Source: a virus
Virus record (IMG/VR): IMGVR_UViG_3300014838_000020
Coordinates: 11,390 to 75,389 of that record
Strand: one strand, 5' to 3'
DNA: 64,000 nucleotides
Shown: positions 20,236 to 29,511 of the stretch, piece after piece
How positions within the stretch are numbered: the first letter of the stretch is position 1
How the letters are laid out: each line of letters starts with the position of its first letter
Translations under genes and position numbers: made by a program
The notes under the pieces: model-generated
Told to the model about the DNA's origin: nothing
Seen by the model: the letters and a program-made list of their open reading frames with translations, nothing else
Databases searched by the model: none

Positions 20236-20264
20236 ATTATACTACATGTAATATACATTGTCAA
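20236..20264 (-). promoter_or_regulatory. Consensus promoter for the sugar operon (leaderless)
   Basis: Perfect TTGACA-17 nt-TATAAT on - strand, 8 nt before the ATG at 20227, no Shine-Dalgarno. Confidence 0.85.
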
Positions 20265-20345
20265 ATAGCTTATCTAGTTAATAGTATGATGGCTTGTCAA
20301 AAATGTAGAATATAATGATGAATATTAAAAGAATTACTAAAGTCA

Positions 20346-21089
20346 CTAGTCGCAGCAACTGTAATTTAAGGTCAGTTTGCCATCAACTTCTGTATATTTA
20401 TTAAAAATTTTTAATTGTCTTTCTAATTCCTTAATTTCTGATTCTCTTACTATAATTATTTGGTATTTCTTATATTGATTTAAATATTGAACTTTATAAA
20501 TATTTCCATTACATTTACTATCATCATCACCTTTTACTTCTAAAAATACATTAAATTCTGGTAAATAAAAATCAGGTGTATATGTAGTATTTAATTCAGA
20601 TATTTTAATGCTATTAGGTTCATATTGGTATAGAATCTGATAGCAGTCACAAAGTTGTGCACATCTAGCTTCAATTTTGCTTCTTGTTTGAATATTTTTA
20701 TAAACGGTAGGTATTCCATAGAGTCTACTAACCTTATCCACTGGTCTATTACTAAAAACTCCGTTAGCCCATTCTTCTTTCTTTTTAAGACTTTGTCGTG
20801 AGATATATTCAGGGGTTCTAGATTTTCCAATATTAGCATTCAGTAATATTTTTTTATGCCAATTCGGTAGGATATCTCCTCTATGGTTATGACCATGTAT
20901 ATATTTTGTGGTAGTATATTGTGAAAATACACTTTCACCGCAACCACAAGCACACAGACCACGATATGGTCGTGTTATAATGCGCCCAGATCCACCTGGA
21001 CATTGGTTATGGCCCATTATGTAAACAGTTCTTAAATTTTTAACCGTTAGTTCTTGGCCACATCCACATTTGCATAATCTTGTATTCAT
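20346..21089 (-). CDS. Free-standing PD-(D/E)xK endonuclease with CxCGC repeats
   Basis: Two CxCGCG...GHN repeats; 'RSKIEA...YEP...YTPDFYLPEFNVFLEVKG' nuclease motif. Confidence 0.8.
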   Translation of the reverse strand: MNTRLCKCGCGQELTVKNLRTVYIMGHNQCPGGSGRIITRPYRGLCACGCGESVFSQYTTTKYIHGHNHRGDILPNWHKKILLNANIGKSRTPEYISRQSLKKKEEWANGVFSNRPVDKVSRLYGIPTVYKNIQTRSKIEARCAQLCDCYQILYQYEPNSIKISELNTTYTPDFYLPEFNVFLEVKGDDDSKCNGNIYKVQYLNQYKKYQIIIVRESEIKELERQLKIFNKYTEVDGKLTLNYSCCD

Positions 21090-21229
21090 TACATATCACA
21101 ACAGCTATCACGGTACCCGCAGGTAGGACATTTGTAATGAGCGTGCTCTTGTAGCATCTTTCTGTCGCAGTAAGGACATACTAAATTTGGGGCTAAAGGG
21201 TTATGAGTCTTTTTAGATTCCTCGTCCAC
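21089..21229 (-). CDS. Small 46-aa zinc-ribbon protein (not in ORF track)
   Basis: GTG start; MDEESKKTHNPLAPNLVCPYCDRKMLQEHAHYKCPTCGYRDSCCDM*; two CxxC pairs; TAATG overlap with the endonuclease start. Confidence 0.7.
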   Translation of the reverse strand: MDEESKKTHNPLAPNLVCPYCDRKMLQEHAHYKCPTCGYRDSCCDM

Positions 21230-23978
21230 GTCTGCCTCTAGCTGGATCGTGACCTTGATTATTGTAACTTCTCCAAGTGCTAGAGAATGACTTTAGTTTC
21301 TCCCTACCTGACATTTGGCCAACACCCGCTAGTTCACTCGGAGTGTGACTATGGTATCCACCCATAGCTGCTACTCCAAGAGTGGTCTTTCCTAGTCTGT
21401 CTCGTAGTTCTAGCTTATGGAAATTATTCTCTAGAAGATTATCGACACAGTGCATTATGCAGTCAGCAAGATCTTCTGTACGGACTGGACCGAAACTCAT
21501 CTTCTGAACTTTTCCATTCTTAAGTTGTAAAAATTTTAGTTCTTGCTCTAGAAGGCATGTTTGTTCATCCCCAAATTGATCTTTAAAAGAATGCACCCAA
21601 TTCATACCAATCGCAGATTTAAACCGCTCACATCTCTGCATATTACTTTGTAGCGAAGCCTTCTCTTCCAGAATCATAGCCCTGTGTGCTGGACGCATTG
21701 CCCTAATTCGTTTCTTTAGACTATCGACCGTAACGAAACTACCGTATTGGTCAAAGGTAAATTTACGTATTGACCTAAATCTATCGAGAACATCAATCAG
21801 ATCATCTTCAATCATGGCATAGTCGATTTGGTGTTCTGGAAAATCTTCGGGTTTATAACAATTAATATGGTCAATGATAACATGTGTCCAGGTTTCATTA
21901 TTCTCTGGATCATAAATTTCTTCAGCATGAGCTACCATTACAGCAAAGTTATTGTTGTTCTTGCTGGGGTCAGCATGGCCATAATATATATAACCAAGTT
22001 TGCCTTGGTCCTGTGGAGTTAGAACACGCTCTATACCAGTGCTATCTTTAAATGAACTAAATATTCTTTCAACAATTCTTGGGTTCAAGAATGCATCAGT
22101 TACTTTAGCCCATTGACTTAAGTTCTCAACCCTGAATGTTTCTGGATCTCGCTGTTCCAGTGCTTTCATTTTAGCATCATATAACTGCGGAACCTGTCTT
22201 CTAGTGAAAGGCATTCCTTCACATGCCTCTACATTATCCCAGTCTTCATAAGGGTCCCAACTAGCTAGTTGAATTGTTAACATCGTGGGAAATTCTGGAT
22301 TACCTGCTTTATCAATTTTAATACTATTTTTGTATAGTTCGTGAGCTTTGCCTACTTCGGTGTTATGACTGAACATACCATCGGCGAGTAATGTTTTCGT
22401 AGATGTACCAAGTGCTACAACATCACGATTCCCGGAATCCACAATTGATTCAACAGTAACATACTTAGAAGTTTTATCATAAATTCTTGTACCGTATAAT
22501 CGGCTAGTAAATTTAGCTAATAAACGTCGTGGGCGAATTGATCCAAGTAATTTCATTTTTTCTGATGGACCACCATTAATGGTAATATCAATGCAGTCTC
22601 TACCTTTTTCTTTAATATGAGTACAAAGATCATATCCACGCTCAAGTAGTATTTTAATTAGATTATCTAGTACTGGACCGGGGTTCTGGGCAATACCCAG
22701 TTGTCCTTGCTTAGAATAGGAACCTTCGCCATCATACATACCTGATAAATAGCCTGCATCATATGATTTATCGGTTTCCCAGGTGTCAATGTAACGAATC
22801 CTATCACCTTGCTTGAGGTTTTTGGTCTTAACCCATTTTAGTTCAGGGGAACCAGAGGTTCTTGTTAACCAAAGATGATCCCCAGTGCAAACTACCTCTG
22901 GACCATTTGTTTTTAACTTAAGCGTTGGTGCATTGATGATTGATGTTTCTGTAACGACTGCTTGACGCCAACTTCTGCCGTTGCCCTTACCACCTGGAGC
23001 ATACTCATCGAATCCTACTAATTTATCTCCAACTTTAAGAGACCCTACTGGTGCCCATGTGAGATCTTCTAAAAGAACTGGTGTTTCTGGCACAAGGCAA
23101 TATGGTGATGTAGGAATAAAAATTAAGGCATCTTCACCAAACTGCATTAGTGCTGGGTTGATAGCAGCATATACAGCATGTGATGTTCTTGGTCCATCAG
23201 TTCCATCAACCATGTGGGCAAACTCATCGTATACAACACTGAATACAGTCTTACCACGAGAGGCAGGAGCATTGGAACTAGCTACGTTTCCTCTAATAGA
23301 AGCAATTAGTCTTTGATTTTCTATACCTCTAGCATTTAGAGAAGCAATTTGACGTTTATCGGCTGGTGTTGTTAAAGCAAAAGAATAATCTCTAAGGTCA
23401 GCAATGTATGGCGCAAAGCATTTAGAGTTACTTATGAGGTTAATAAGGTCAGCAAACTGTAGCTCTTTAGCCTGTTTTTCTGCGGTTGCAATACAGGTTA
23501 TTACGATACTTTTACCTCTAGCGACACCATAATATTCCTGTGGATCATCAAGAAGAATTAGTTTCCACAATTGATAAGCTAGAAGAATTGCCCCTAGGTG
23601 GTTCTTTCCACCTCGTCGTCCAATAATTGCAATGATTTCTCCAAAATGGTCATAACCATTGGCTTTTAGCCACTCAACTCTCTTCCAAATATCTGGGTTA
23701 ATCCCTTTAACTATTTCATCAGAGGGATTGAACATTTCAGCCCATTCATTGATGACCCTGAGATCATACTCAGTCATGTTCTCTGTTTCAAGACACATCA
23801 ATCTTAGTAAAGTTTTTTGTCTAGGGTATAACCTATCAGCTCCCAAGAAAGAAGGATGTTCAGCAAATTCTACAATAGAGGGTAAACGAACGTCCTCAGA
23901 GAGAGCGCCCTTCATCATCTCTAAAGGGTTTGTAATATTAGCTAGAGATTTTTTGTTTCTCTGATCAAATGATGCCAT
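21213..23978 (-). CDS. terL: Terminase large subunit (intein-containing)
   Basis: Walker A GRRGGKN, Walker B VVYDEFAH, coupling motif PTSP, RNase H-like nuclease HADPS...FDQY...DLADC. Confidence 0.9.
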   Translation of the reverse strand: MASFDQRNKKSLANITNPLEMMKGALSEDVRLPSIVEFAEHPSFLGADRLYPRQKTLLRLMCLETENMTEYDLRVINEWAEMFNPSDEIVKGINPDIWKRVEWLKANGYDHFGEIIAIIGRRGGKNHLGAILLAYQLWKLILLDDPQEYYGVARGKSIVITCIATAEKQAKELQFADLINLISNSKCFAPYIADLRDYSFALTTPADKRQIASLNARGIENQRLIASIRGNVASSNAPASRGKTVFSVVYDEFAHMVDGTDGPRTSHAVYAAINPALMQFGEDALIFIPTSPYCLVPETPVLLEDLTWAPVGSLKVGDKLVGFDEYAPGGKGNGRSWRQAVVTETSIINAPTLKLKTNGPEVVCTGDHLWLTRTSGSPELKWVKTKNLKQGDRIRYIDTWETDKSYDAGYLSGMYDGEGSYSKQGQLGIAQNPGPVLDNLIKILLERGYDLCTHIKEKGRDCIDITINGGPSEKMKLLGSIRPRRLLAKFTSRLYGTRIYDKTSKYVTVESIVDSGNRDVVALGTSTKTLLADGMFSHNTEVGKAHELYKNSIKIDKAGNPEFPTMLTIQLASWDPYEDWDNVEACEGMPFTRRQVPQLYDAKMKALEQRDPETFRVENLSQWAKVTDAFLNPRIVERIFSSFKDSTGIERVLTPQDQGKLGYIYYGHADPSKNNNNFAVMVAHAEEIYDPENNETWTHVIIDHINCYKPEDFPEHQIDYAMIEDDLIDVLDRFRSIRKFTFDQYGSFVTVDSLKKRIRAMRPAHRAMILEEKASLQSNMQRCERFKSAIGMNWVHSFKDQFGDEQTCLLEQELKFLQLKNGKVQKMSFGPVRTEDLADCIMHCVDNLLENNFHKLELRDRLGKTTLGVAAMGGYHSHTPSELAGVGQMSGREKLKSFSSTWRSYNNQGHDPARGRRGRGI
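22362..23099 (-). mobile_element. Intein (246 aa) in terminase with LAGLIDADG motif
   Basis: Begins CLVPETPV after TSPY; block B TGDHLWLT; YLSGMYDGEGS LAGLIDADG motif; ends FSHN with +1 Thr. Confidence 0.92.
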
Positions 23979-23987
23979 AGTATATAA

Positions 23988-24188
23988 CTAGAGATTTCTA
24001 CCCTGTTTATGCAGTGCTAATACTCTTTTCAAATTTTCTGTAGTTTCTATATCTTCAAAAGGAATAGAACCAGTAACTGGTTTCTTCTTTAGTTCCTTTA
24101 AAGTCTCTGTTAAATATCTGCAATGTCCGCACGCCACCCCAGTACAGGGTCCTATTACCCTAGGTTTAGAACTAGCTTCAAATTCCAT
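23988..24188 (-). CDS. Small hypothetical protein (CxxxxCxxC)
   Basis: ORF tiles with TAATG overlap. Confidence 0.5.
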   Translation of the reverse strand: MEFEASSKPRVIGPCTGVACGHCRYLTETLKELKKKPVTGSIPFEDIETTENLKRVLALHKQGRNL

Positions 24189-24511
24189 TAAGGCTTTGCT
24201 CCAGGTGTGAGAATTCTAATCGTCATAATACGGTCTGCTACGGGTGGATTGCTAAAGTAAACATGAGTAACTATATCTACAAAACTACCATTAACCAATG
24301 TATCTAATTGCAATATAGCGCCATAAATTTGAAAGTAGACTCCGTAATCTCCAACTTTTAGAGAATTATCAACTAACGTCTGGAGAGGGAGTGGGTCAGT
24401 CCAAGGTGTAGGATCATTTTTACCTGGTGTAATATTAGTCGGTAACTGTTCACAGTCCTGACTTTGATAGGTATAACCAGTTAGATCGAGGTCGTTAAAT
24501 AATGCAATCAT
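24188..24511 (-). CDS. Hypothetical protein
   Basis: ORF tiles with overlapping neighbours. Confidence 0.55.
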   Translation of the reverse strand: MIALFNDLDLTGYTYQSQDCEQLPTNITPGKNDPTPWTDPLPLQTLVDNSLKVGDYGVYFQIYGAILQLDTLVNGSFVDIVTHVYFSNPPVADRIMTIRILTPGAKP

Positions 24512-24864
24512 GTTCCAACTTTTTCACCACGTAAAGCCCATAGTTTCCACTCACCCAGGTTAGGAAATGGTGGTTCAGGCCTATCATCCCAAATAAACTC
24601 ACCATATTCTCCTACTGGATAATGATCTTTACAATGGAAACAGTAAGTTGCTCCATAGAAGTGAATGTCCCTCGCGTAAGTTTCAGCAATATCTTGACCC
24701 ATTTTAGTTACTTTCCAACACCTAGTGTGAAAATAACTACGTCTAATGGGACGGACAAAACCCTTTGCTCTTTCTTCTTCACTTAAAATTAGATAACATG
24801 CCTGTTGACCGTCATCTTTGATGACATCTAAACAGGGATCATTTCTATCAGTAGTTAGTCCCAT
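24508..24864 (-). CDS. Conserved phage hypothetical Zn-binding protein
   Basis: 'YLILSEEERAKGFVRPIR...AETYAR...YGATYCFHC..H' is a motif I recognise from phage proteins of unknown function. Confidence 0.65.
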   Translation of the reverse strand: MGLTTDRNDPCLDVIKDDGQQACYLILSEEERAKGFVRPIRRSYFHTRCWKVTKMGQDIAETYARDIHFYGATYCFHCKDHYPVGEYGEFIWDDRPEPPFPNLGEWKLWALRGEKVGT

Positions 24865-25718
24865 TAGCCGTGAAGGTGACTTTCCATAGCGCGGAAGGCT
24901 GACTCTGCTTCGGATTTACTAGCATGAGTACTAAGCGTTTTGCCAGTTTTTTTAGACCATATCTCCCATTTTCCAGTTTTTGCATTATGACGAATGTACT
25001 TAAACTTAGCAACTTTTGGATCTAATGCAGAACCAATTCGATACTTACTAGCTAATACTGCTAATGATGCTGCCTCTCCAAGTTCAGAAGCTAAACCAGC
25101 ACCACCTTCTAGTTCACCAGCAGCAGCTGGAGCCTTTGATGGACTAGGACCAGGGCCACCTGGTTCTTCATCTGGTGAATTATTACGATTTGATTGGGAA
25201 CCATTATTACTGGATTCACCAGTTGTTGGAGTGGGATCTACATCACCATATAAAGTACTAACGGCAGTCTTATAGGAATGCTTATGACCTAGTGCACTTG
25301 GGAAATTAGAATGTTCTTGGTTATGTAATTTAACATTTTCTTCATGATCACGTATTAAATCATTATCCATTGCATGCTCTGTCATTAGATGATCGGCAAG
25401 TTTAAATGGACTATCTGTACTAGCAGCTTTACTAACTGCTGGGGTACTAGAACGTTCTTGTTGGGGTACTTTAGGAGCAATCAATTGGCCTTGTCCACTA
25501 ACTCCACTACCATTCATATCGCTCTCTCCATTTGAAGAATCATAATCAATAGTAGGGGCCTGACTAGATTGTGGAGGTAAACTAGATGTGGGGGATTGTC
25601 CTTGCTGCGATACATCAGTTGGAGGTAACTGAGTTACACCTAGTCTTTCATTCCACAAGTATTCATCAATAGTATTGAGAGGGGTTACCTCTGATTGGCG
25701 AGCAACTTTGCGAGTCAT
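24864..25718 (-). CDS. Low-complexity hypothetical protein, possibly virion-internal
   Basis: Ser/Pro/Gln-rich disordered body with a small basic C-terminal domain (GKWEIWSKKTGKTLSTHASKSEA). Confidence 0.55.
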   Translation of the reverse strand: MTRKVARQSEVTPLNTIDEYLWNERLGVTQLPPTDVSQQGQSPTSSLPPQSSQAPTIDYDSSNGESDMNGSGVSGQGQLIAPKVPQQERSSTPAVSKAASTDSPFKLADHLMTEHAMDNDLIRDHEENVKLHNQEHSNFPSALGHKHSYKTAVSTLYGDVDPTPTTGESSNNGSQSNRNNSPDEEPGGPGPSPSKAPAAAGELEGGAGLASELGEAASLAVLASKYRIGSALDPKVAKFKYIRHNAKTGKWEIWSKKTGKTLSTHASKSEAESAFRAMESHLHG

Positions 25719-25719
25719 T

Positions 25720-25887
25720 TTAATCCGTTCCGTATTGTATGGGTAGTTCTAGCAAAGCTGATTCAACTTCGCCACCTGTGATATATCGGTAAATTTCTCC
25801 ACGTTTATGTCGATTTTCGAATGCTTCGTTATTTACTTTTCTCACAACTTCTATTGCTGATGCTAATGAAATCAATTGTTCTGTCAT
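25720..25887 (-). CDS. Small hypothetical protein (55 aa, not in ORF track)
   Basis: MTEQLISLASAIEVV...QYGTD* fills the gap between neighbours. Confidence 0.5.
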   Translation of the reverse strand: MTEQLISLASAIEVVRKVNNEAFENRHKRGEIYRYITGGEVESALLELPIQYGTD

Positions 25888-25891
25888 TTCA

Positions 25892-26389
25892 TTACGCTTT
25901 CAGTTTGGGAGGTGGAACATACTTACCGGCTTTTTTGAGGAGATCTTTTTGTTCCTCATAAATTTCATCAGCTATACCAGCACCAACCGCAAATCGAGCT
26001 AATTCAGGGTCCCATTCATTTAGTCTACGGACTACTGTAATTTCAGGAGGATTGGGCCTTTTACTCAGACCAGACTTAATCCAGTCTACCTGTACAACAA
26101 AACCCAATTCACGGAATTTCTCTTCAGATTCTTTCTTCATTTCACTAAGGTTATGGAATGTAGCTTGTCTTGATCCATATTTAGTTTGTAGGTGTTCCAA
26201 TAGTTTTTTAATTGCGACGAGCTCGTATTCGTTAACTTCAACAGCCTCATTATCCTCATTCATCACCCTAGAGCGTTCAGCATTAAAGGCTTTGAGTTGA
26301 GCTTCCTGTGCAGGAGTTAACTTTGGAAGCTTAGAAGGGTCCATCCCTTCTTGCATAGTTGTAGGATCTTTTGGGTTAATCAGTGGCAT
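25892..26389 (-). CDS. Hypothetical protein
   Basis: 165-aa ORF in the - strand gene run. Confidence 0.6.
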   Translation of the reverse strand: MPLINPKDPTTMQEGMDPSKLPKLTPAQEAQLKAFNAERSRVMNEDNEAVEVNEYELVAIKKLLEHLQTKYGSRQATFHNLSEMKKESEEKFRELGFVVQVDWIKSGLSKRPNPPEITVVRRLNEWDPELARFAVGAGIADEIYEEQKDLLKKAGKYVPPPKLKA

Positions 26390-26408
26390 TATCGCTTATA
26401 ATCTTTCT

Positions 26409-27044
26409 TTATTTATCGCTATCTTGTAATACATCTGCACAGTCACTGCAAACATTACCCCAATGAGGGTGCTTATTCTTAGCATTTACTTTCTTTATGT
26501 TTCCACCACACCGGTTGCACTCTTCAGGTACTGGGTGAGGGTCACCTCTTCCTTTTTGGTATGTAGGAGTATTACTAGATTGAGAGTCAAAATAAGTAAA
26601 TTTACCTGCAGGATTTCCATAAGAAGAGAAAATTTTATGAGAGTTTTTTTCAAGTTTTGAATGCTTATAAGCTTCACAAGTTGTAGAGTCTTTACACTTT
26701 CTAAACCAAGGTAGTTTGTCCAATGGCTCGTACCTACCGGTAATAAACTCTTCATATTCGTTGGGATTCATGTTACTAACGACTTCACTGCGTGTAGAAT
26801 TGAGAGTCTTCTTGGGCATATCTTGACCTAAATCAAGGTCTCTTTTGTGCATTTCTCTACCACAATTTTTACAAATGCCACTCTTGCATTCCTTACAATA
26901 ATGGTCAGGATCATCAGTGACAAAGCTAACTACCTCTGTATCTCGTCCAGCACCATGAGGTTGTCTAAAAGTAGAACCAGTATCCAGGTTTAGGACATCG
27001 CCAACTAGACCTTTAAATGACTTGGTGGTGGGGATATCGACCAT
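26409..27044 (-). CDS. Hypothetical Cys-rich protein (several CxxC pairs)
   Basis: CKEC, CKNC, CNRC, CSDC. Confidence 0.55.
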   Translation of the reverse strand: MVDIPTTKSFKGLVGDVLNLDTGSTFRQPHGAGRDTEVVSFVTDDPDHYCKECKSGICKNCGREMHKRDLDLGQDMPKKTLNSTRSEVVSNMNPNEYEEFITGRYEPLDKLPWFRKCKDSTTCEAYKHSKLEKNSHKIFSSYGNPAGKFTYFDSQSSNTPTYQKGRGDPHPVPEECNRCGGNIKKVNAKNKHPHWGNVCSDCADVLQDSDK

Positions 27045-27086
27045 ATTTGCGTACTTTTCTAGGGATTTACAATTACTAGTGCGAAT

Positions 27087-27767
27087 TTAATCTCGAACTA
27101 AGGAATAATTCTTTGAAATAGCAGGGTCAATAGCAATCATTACTTCTAGCTTTTCCCTAAAAATTGCTATGATTTCGTCTTCGTCATAGCCTCTAAGAGG
27201 TACTTCTTCCCTAGCAATGCCACGATATATTGTAATTGACGAAGGGCTCTGGGCTTCAATCCTTATAATATCCAGATCCGGTTGATCATCGTCATTCATT
27301 TTAATACTAATTCCCAACCCTGAAAATGTAGTTAGATACAAGGTTTTCGTGTATTCTAAGGTATCAAAAAGTTCGTGGACAGTCTCAATGATCTTTCTCC
27401 AACTTACTAAATCTGCCGACATAGAATTTACCGTTAAGATTTGACCTGTCTTTTTATCTACAACCAAATTAAGAGTAGATGAAAAATTCTTTAATATTTC
27501 ATTAACTACTACTACAAGCGTAGGATTACTTAGTGTTGTAATTAAGGTAGCGTTTAAAGATAATTTTTGTAAAAAATATATCATACTTATTTTAGAATCA
27601 AAGTAATATTTTGCATTTTCTAATTTTAGAAAAGAATCTTCACCTAAAAACCCGAATCTCAGTTTTTCATCCTTAACAGGAATAATATACTCTTCGGTTG
27701 TAAAACTATCTAGAACATTCTCAGTCGTGCACTCATACGCATAAGCATTTATATTTAACTTAACCAT
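27087..27767 (-). CDS. Hypothetical protein
   Basis: 226-aa ORF. Confidence 0.55.
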   Translation of the reverse strand: MVKLNINAYAYECTTENVLDSFTTEEYIIPVKDEKLRFGFLGEDSFLKLENAKYYFDSKISMIYFLQKLSLNATLITTLSNPTLVVVVNEILKNFSSTLNLVVDKKTGQILTVNSMSADLVSWRKIIETVHELFDTLEYTKTLYLTTFSGLGISIKMNDDDQPDLDIIRIEAQSPSSITIYRGIAREEVPLRGYDEDEIIAIFREKLEVMIAIDPAISKNYSLVRD

Positions 27768-27975
27768 TGTACTCTTCCTTCTCGTCGGTAATATTTAGGA
27801 TATTGCATAGCTCTTGGCGGAATACTTCAAAGGCTTCATCGAGAAGAAACATTGCACTAACTGGAGCGTTTATTATGTCATAATCCGAAATAAAAAATGT
27901 ACAGCTATATCCTCTATTTAGTAGATCTGGTTCAATCGTTATGGTGCTATTGCCTATACTTAGTTGTTTGTCCAT
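27760..27975 (-). CDS. Hypothetical protein
   Basis: Tiles with overlapping neighbours. Confidence 0.5.
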   Translation of the reverse strand: MDKQLSIGNSTITIEPDLLNRGYSCTFFISDYDIINAPVSAMFLLDEAFEVFRQELCNILNITDEKEEYNG

Positions 27976-28685
27976 TTTTCCTCTTCTTCATCATATTCTG
28001 ATCCATCACTCAATTCTATCACACTTTCGTTATCTCGTTGGTACTCTGCGATCTTATCATATAGTTTTCTTTGTAATTCCTGAGGGATGATCTCTCTAAT
28101 TGCCTGAATAATAAGATTAAGTTCATGGAAAACACTGTCCTGCGAAACGTCCTTCTTTTCTTGTTCCTCTAATTTTGTTAGCATCTCTTGAGCATAAATA
28201 ATCTGAGCCATGTTAGGAGCTATATCATTATTAACAATAGCAGCAAAACCTTTGTCACGTATTACCTGGAAGAACGCTTCGGCTGTCATGAAGTCTTCAC
28301 CCTTTAGTAGGGTTTTGCCTTTCTTGATCGCCTTTTGCTCAATAATCTCTCTTACACGATTCTTATCTTGCGGAAGATGACTTCTGGCATGGTCACGAAT
28401 ATCATCTACATTTATGAATTGTTCTTCTGTTCTGCCTAATTCAAGTTCAAGTAATCTAACATTCTTTTGTATTTCAACATACGTTTTTGGTGTTAATATT
28501 AGAGTATCTATTAATGATCGAAATGATTCTATAGAATTACAGATTTTACATGCTTTACTAGGTTTATAGGAATATTTGATACCATCAATAGTTTCAGTTA
28601 ATAGTTCTTCAGTAGAAACATTATATAACTTAGTTAGTTTATTATTCTCTTCTTTAAAAGCTGGTAAGTTATCTTTTTCTTCCAT
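27960..28685 (-). CDS. Hypothetical protein (CxxC + H-x-x-x-H, helical C-terminus; terminase small subunit candidate)
   Basis: 'ACKICNS...IRDHARSHLP' followed by long helices; function inferred only. Confidence 0.4.
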   Translation of the reverse strand: MEEKDNLPAFKEENNKLTKLYNVSTEELLTETIDGIKYSYKPSKACKICNSIESFRSLIDTLILTPKTYVEIQKNVRLLELELGRTEEQFINVDDIRDHARSHLPQDKNRVREIIEQKAIKKGKTLLKGEDFMTAEAFFQVIRDKGFAAIVNNDIAPNMAQIIYAQEMLTKLEEQEKKDVSQDSVFHELNLIIQAIREIIPQELQRKLYDKIAEYQRDNESVIELSDGSEYDEEEEKWTNN

Positions 28686-29038
28686 TATTCAGTCCTCTTA
28701 TGGGGCTTCTTATCTAATTCATAGTTATAGTGACGCCAATATTCACCATGACGTATATCATCATCCCATCCACCATTTTTAGATTGAATTTCACGACGAT
28801 ATCTGCGTTCTAATTGCGTTGGTGATAAGAAATCCTTCAACTCAGAATGTTTAGTGATTCCTTTTCTAGAGTTTATGAGGATTCGATCACCTATAAATTC
28901 TAATTTGGAATTAAAAGAAAAAATGTTCCATTTATCTGGTAGATCTTCCTTAGTTATCTCTAAGGAATCTAGAAGTTCCTGTATTTTAGGATGTTCTGGT
29001 TTCTCTACTGGTTTTCTAACTGGATTGTCTTCAGCCAT
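28685..29038 (-). CDS. Hypothetical protein
   Basis: Tiles with TAATG overlaps. Confidence 0.55.
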   Translation of the reverse strand: MAEDNPVRKPVEKPEHPKIQELLDSLEITKEDLPDKWNIFSFNSKLEFIGDRILINSRKGITKHSELKDFLSPTQLERRYRREIQSKNGGWDDDIRHGEYWRHYNYELDKKPHKRTE

Positions 29039-29511
29039 TATAGATATTCCTCCCCGGTAGTATCAAACCCTAAAAGCTCATTGTAGTAATCTGCCAAAAT
29101 CTTTAGTCCTTGGCGCTTTAGGAACCCAACCTGAGAAGAATACTTATTAAAACCCATGAGTTGAGCAGCTTCAATTTCTCTTCGATTCTCTAAACATATA
29201 AGAGTTATTGCTTCTTTTTGTGCATCAGATAAAAGTTGAAAACTAACTTTAAGATCAAAATCTAATAGATTAATAGTTATTTTATTAGGAAGTGCTAATT
29301 CAGGATTACCTTTTACCTCATAAACCCTCTGCCACTCCTTGAAGTTTCTTAAGATTTTTTCCATAAGGAACCAACTAATATAGCCAATAGGAAATCCCTG
29401 TCTCCTAGTTTTTCTTGGCGTAGGAACGCTGGTGCTTTCTGGATTGGTAATGTTATTTGGCTCGACGGTATGATCTAGAAGTAATGAGTTTCTCTGATTC
29501 TTTAATTCCAT
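29038..29511 (-). CDS. Sigma-70 region 4-like HTH protein (true start may be downstream, about 29364)
   Basis: 'LLSDAQKEAITLICLENRREIEAAQLMG...VGFLKRQGLKIL' region-4 HTH pattern. Confidence 0.6.
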   Translation of the reverse strand: MELKNQRNSLLLDHTVEPNNITNPESTSVPTPRKTRRQGFPIGYISWFLMEKILRNFKEWQRVYEVKGNPELALPNKITINLLDFDLKVSFQLLSDAQKEAITLICLENRREIEAAQLMGFNKYSSQVGFLKRQGLKILADYYNELLGFDTTGEEYL

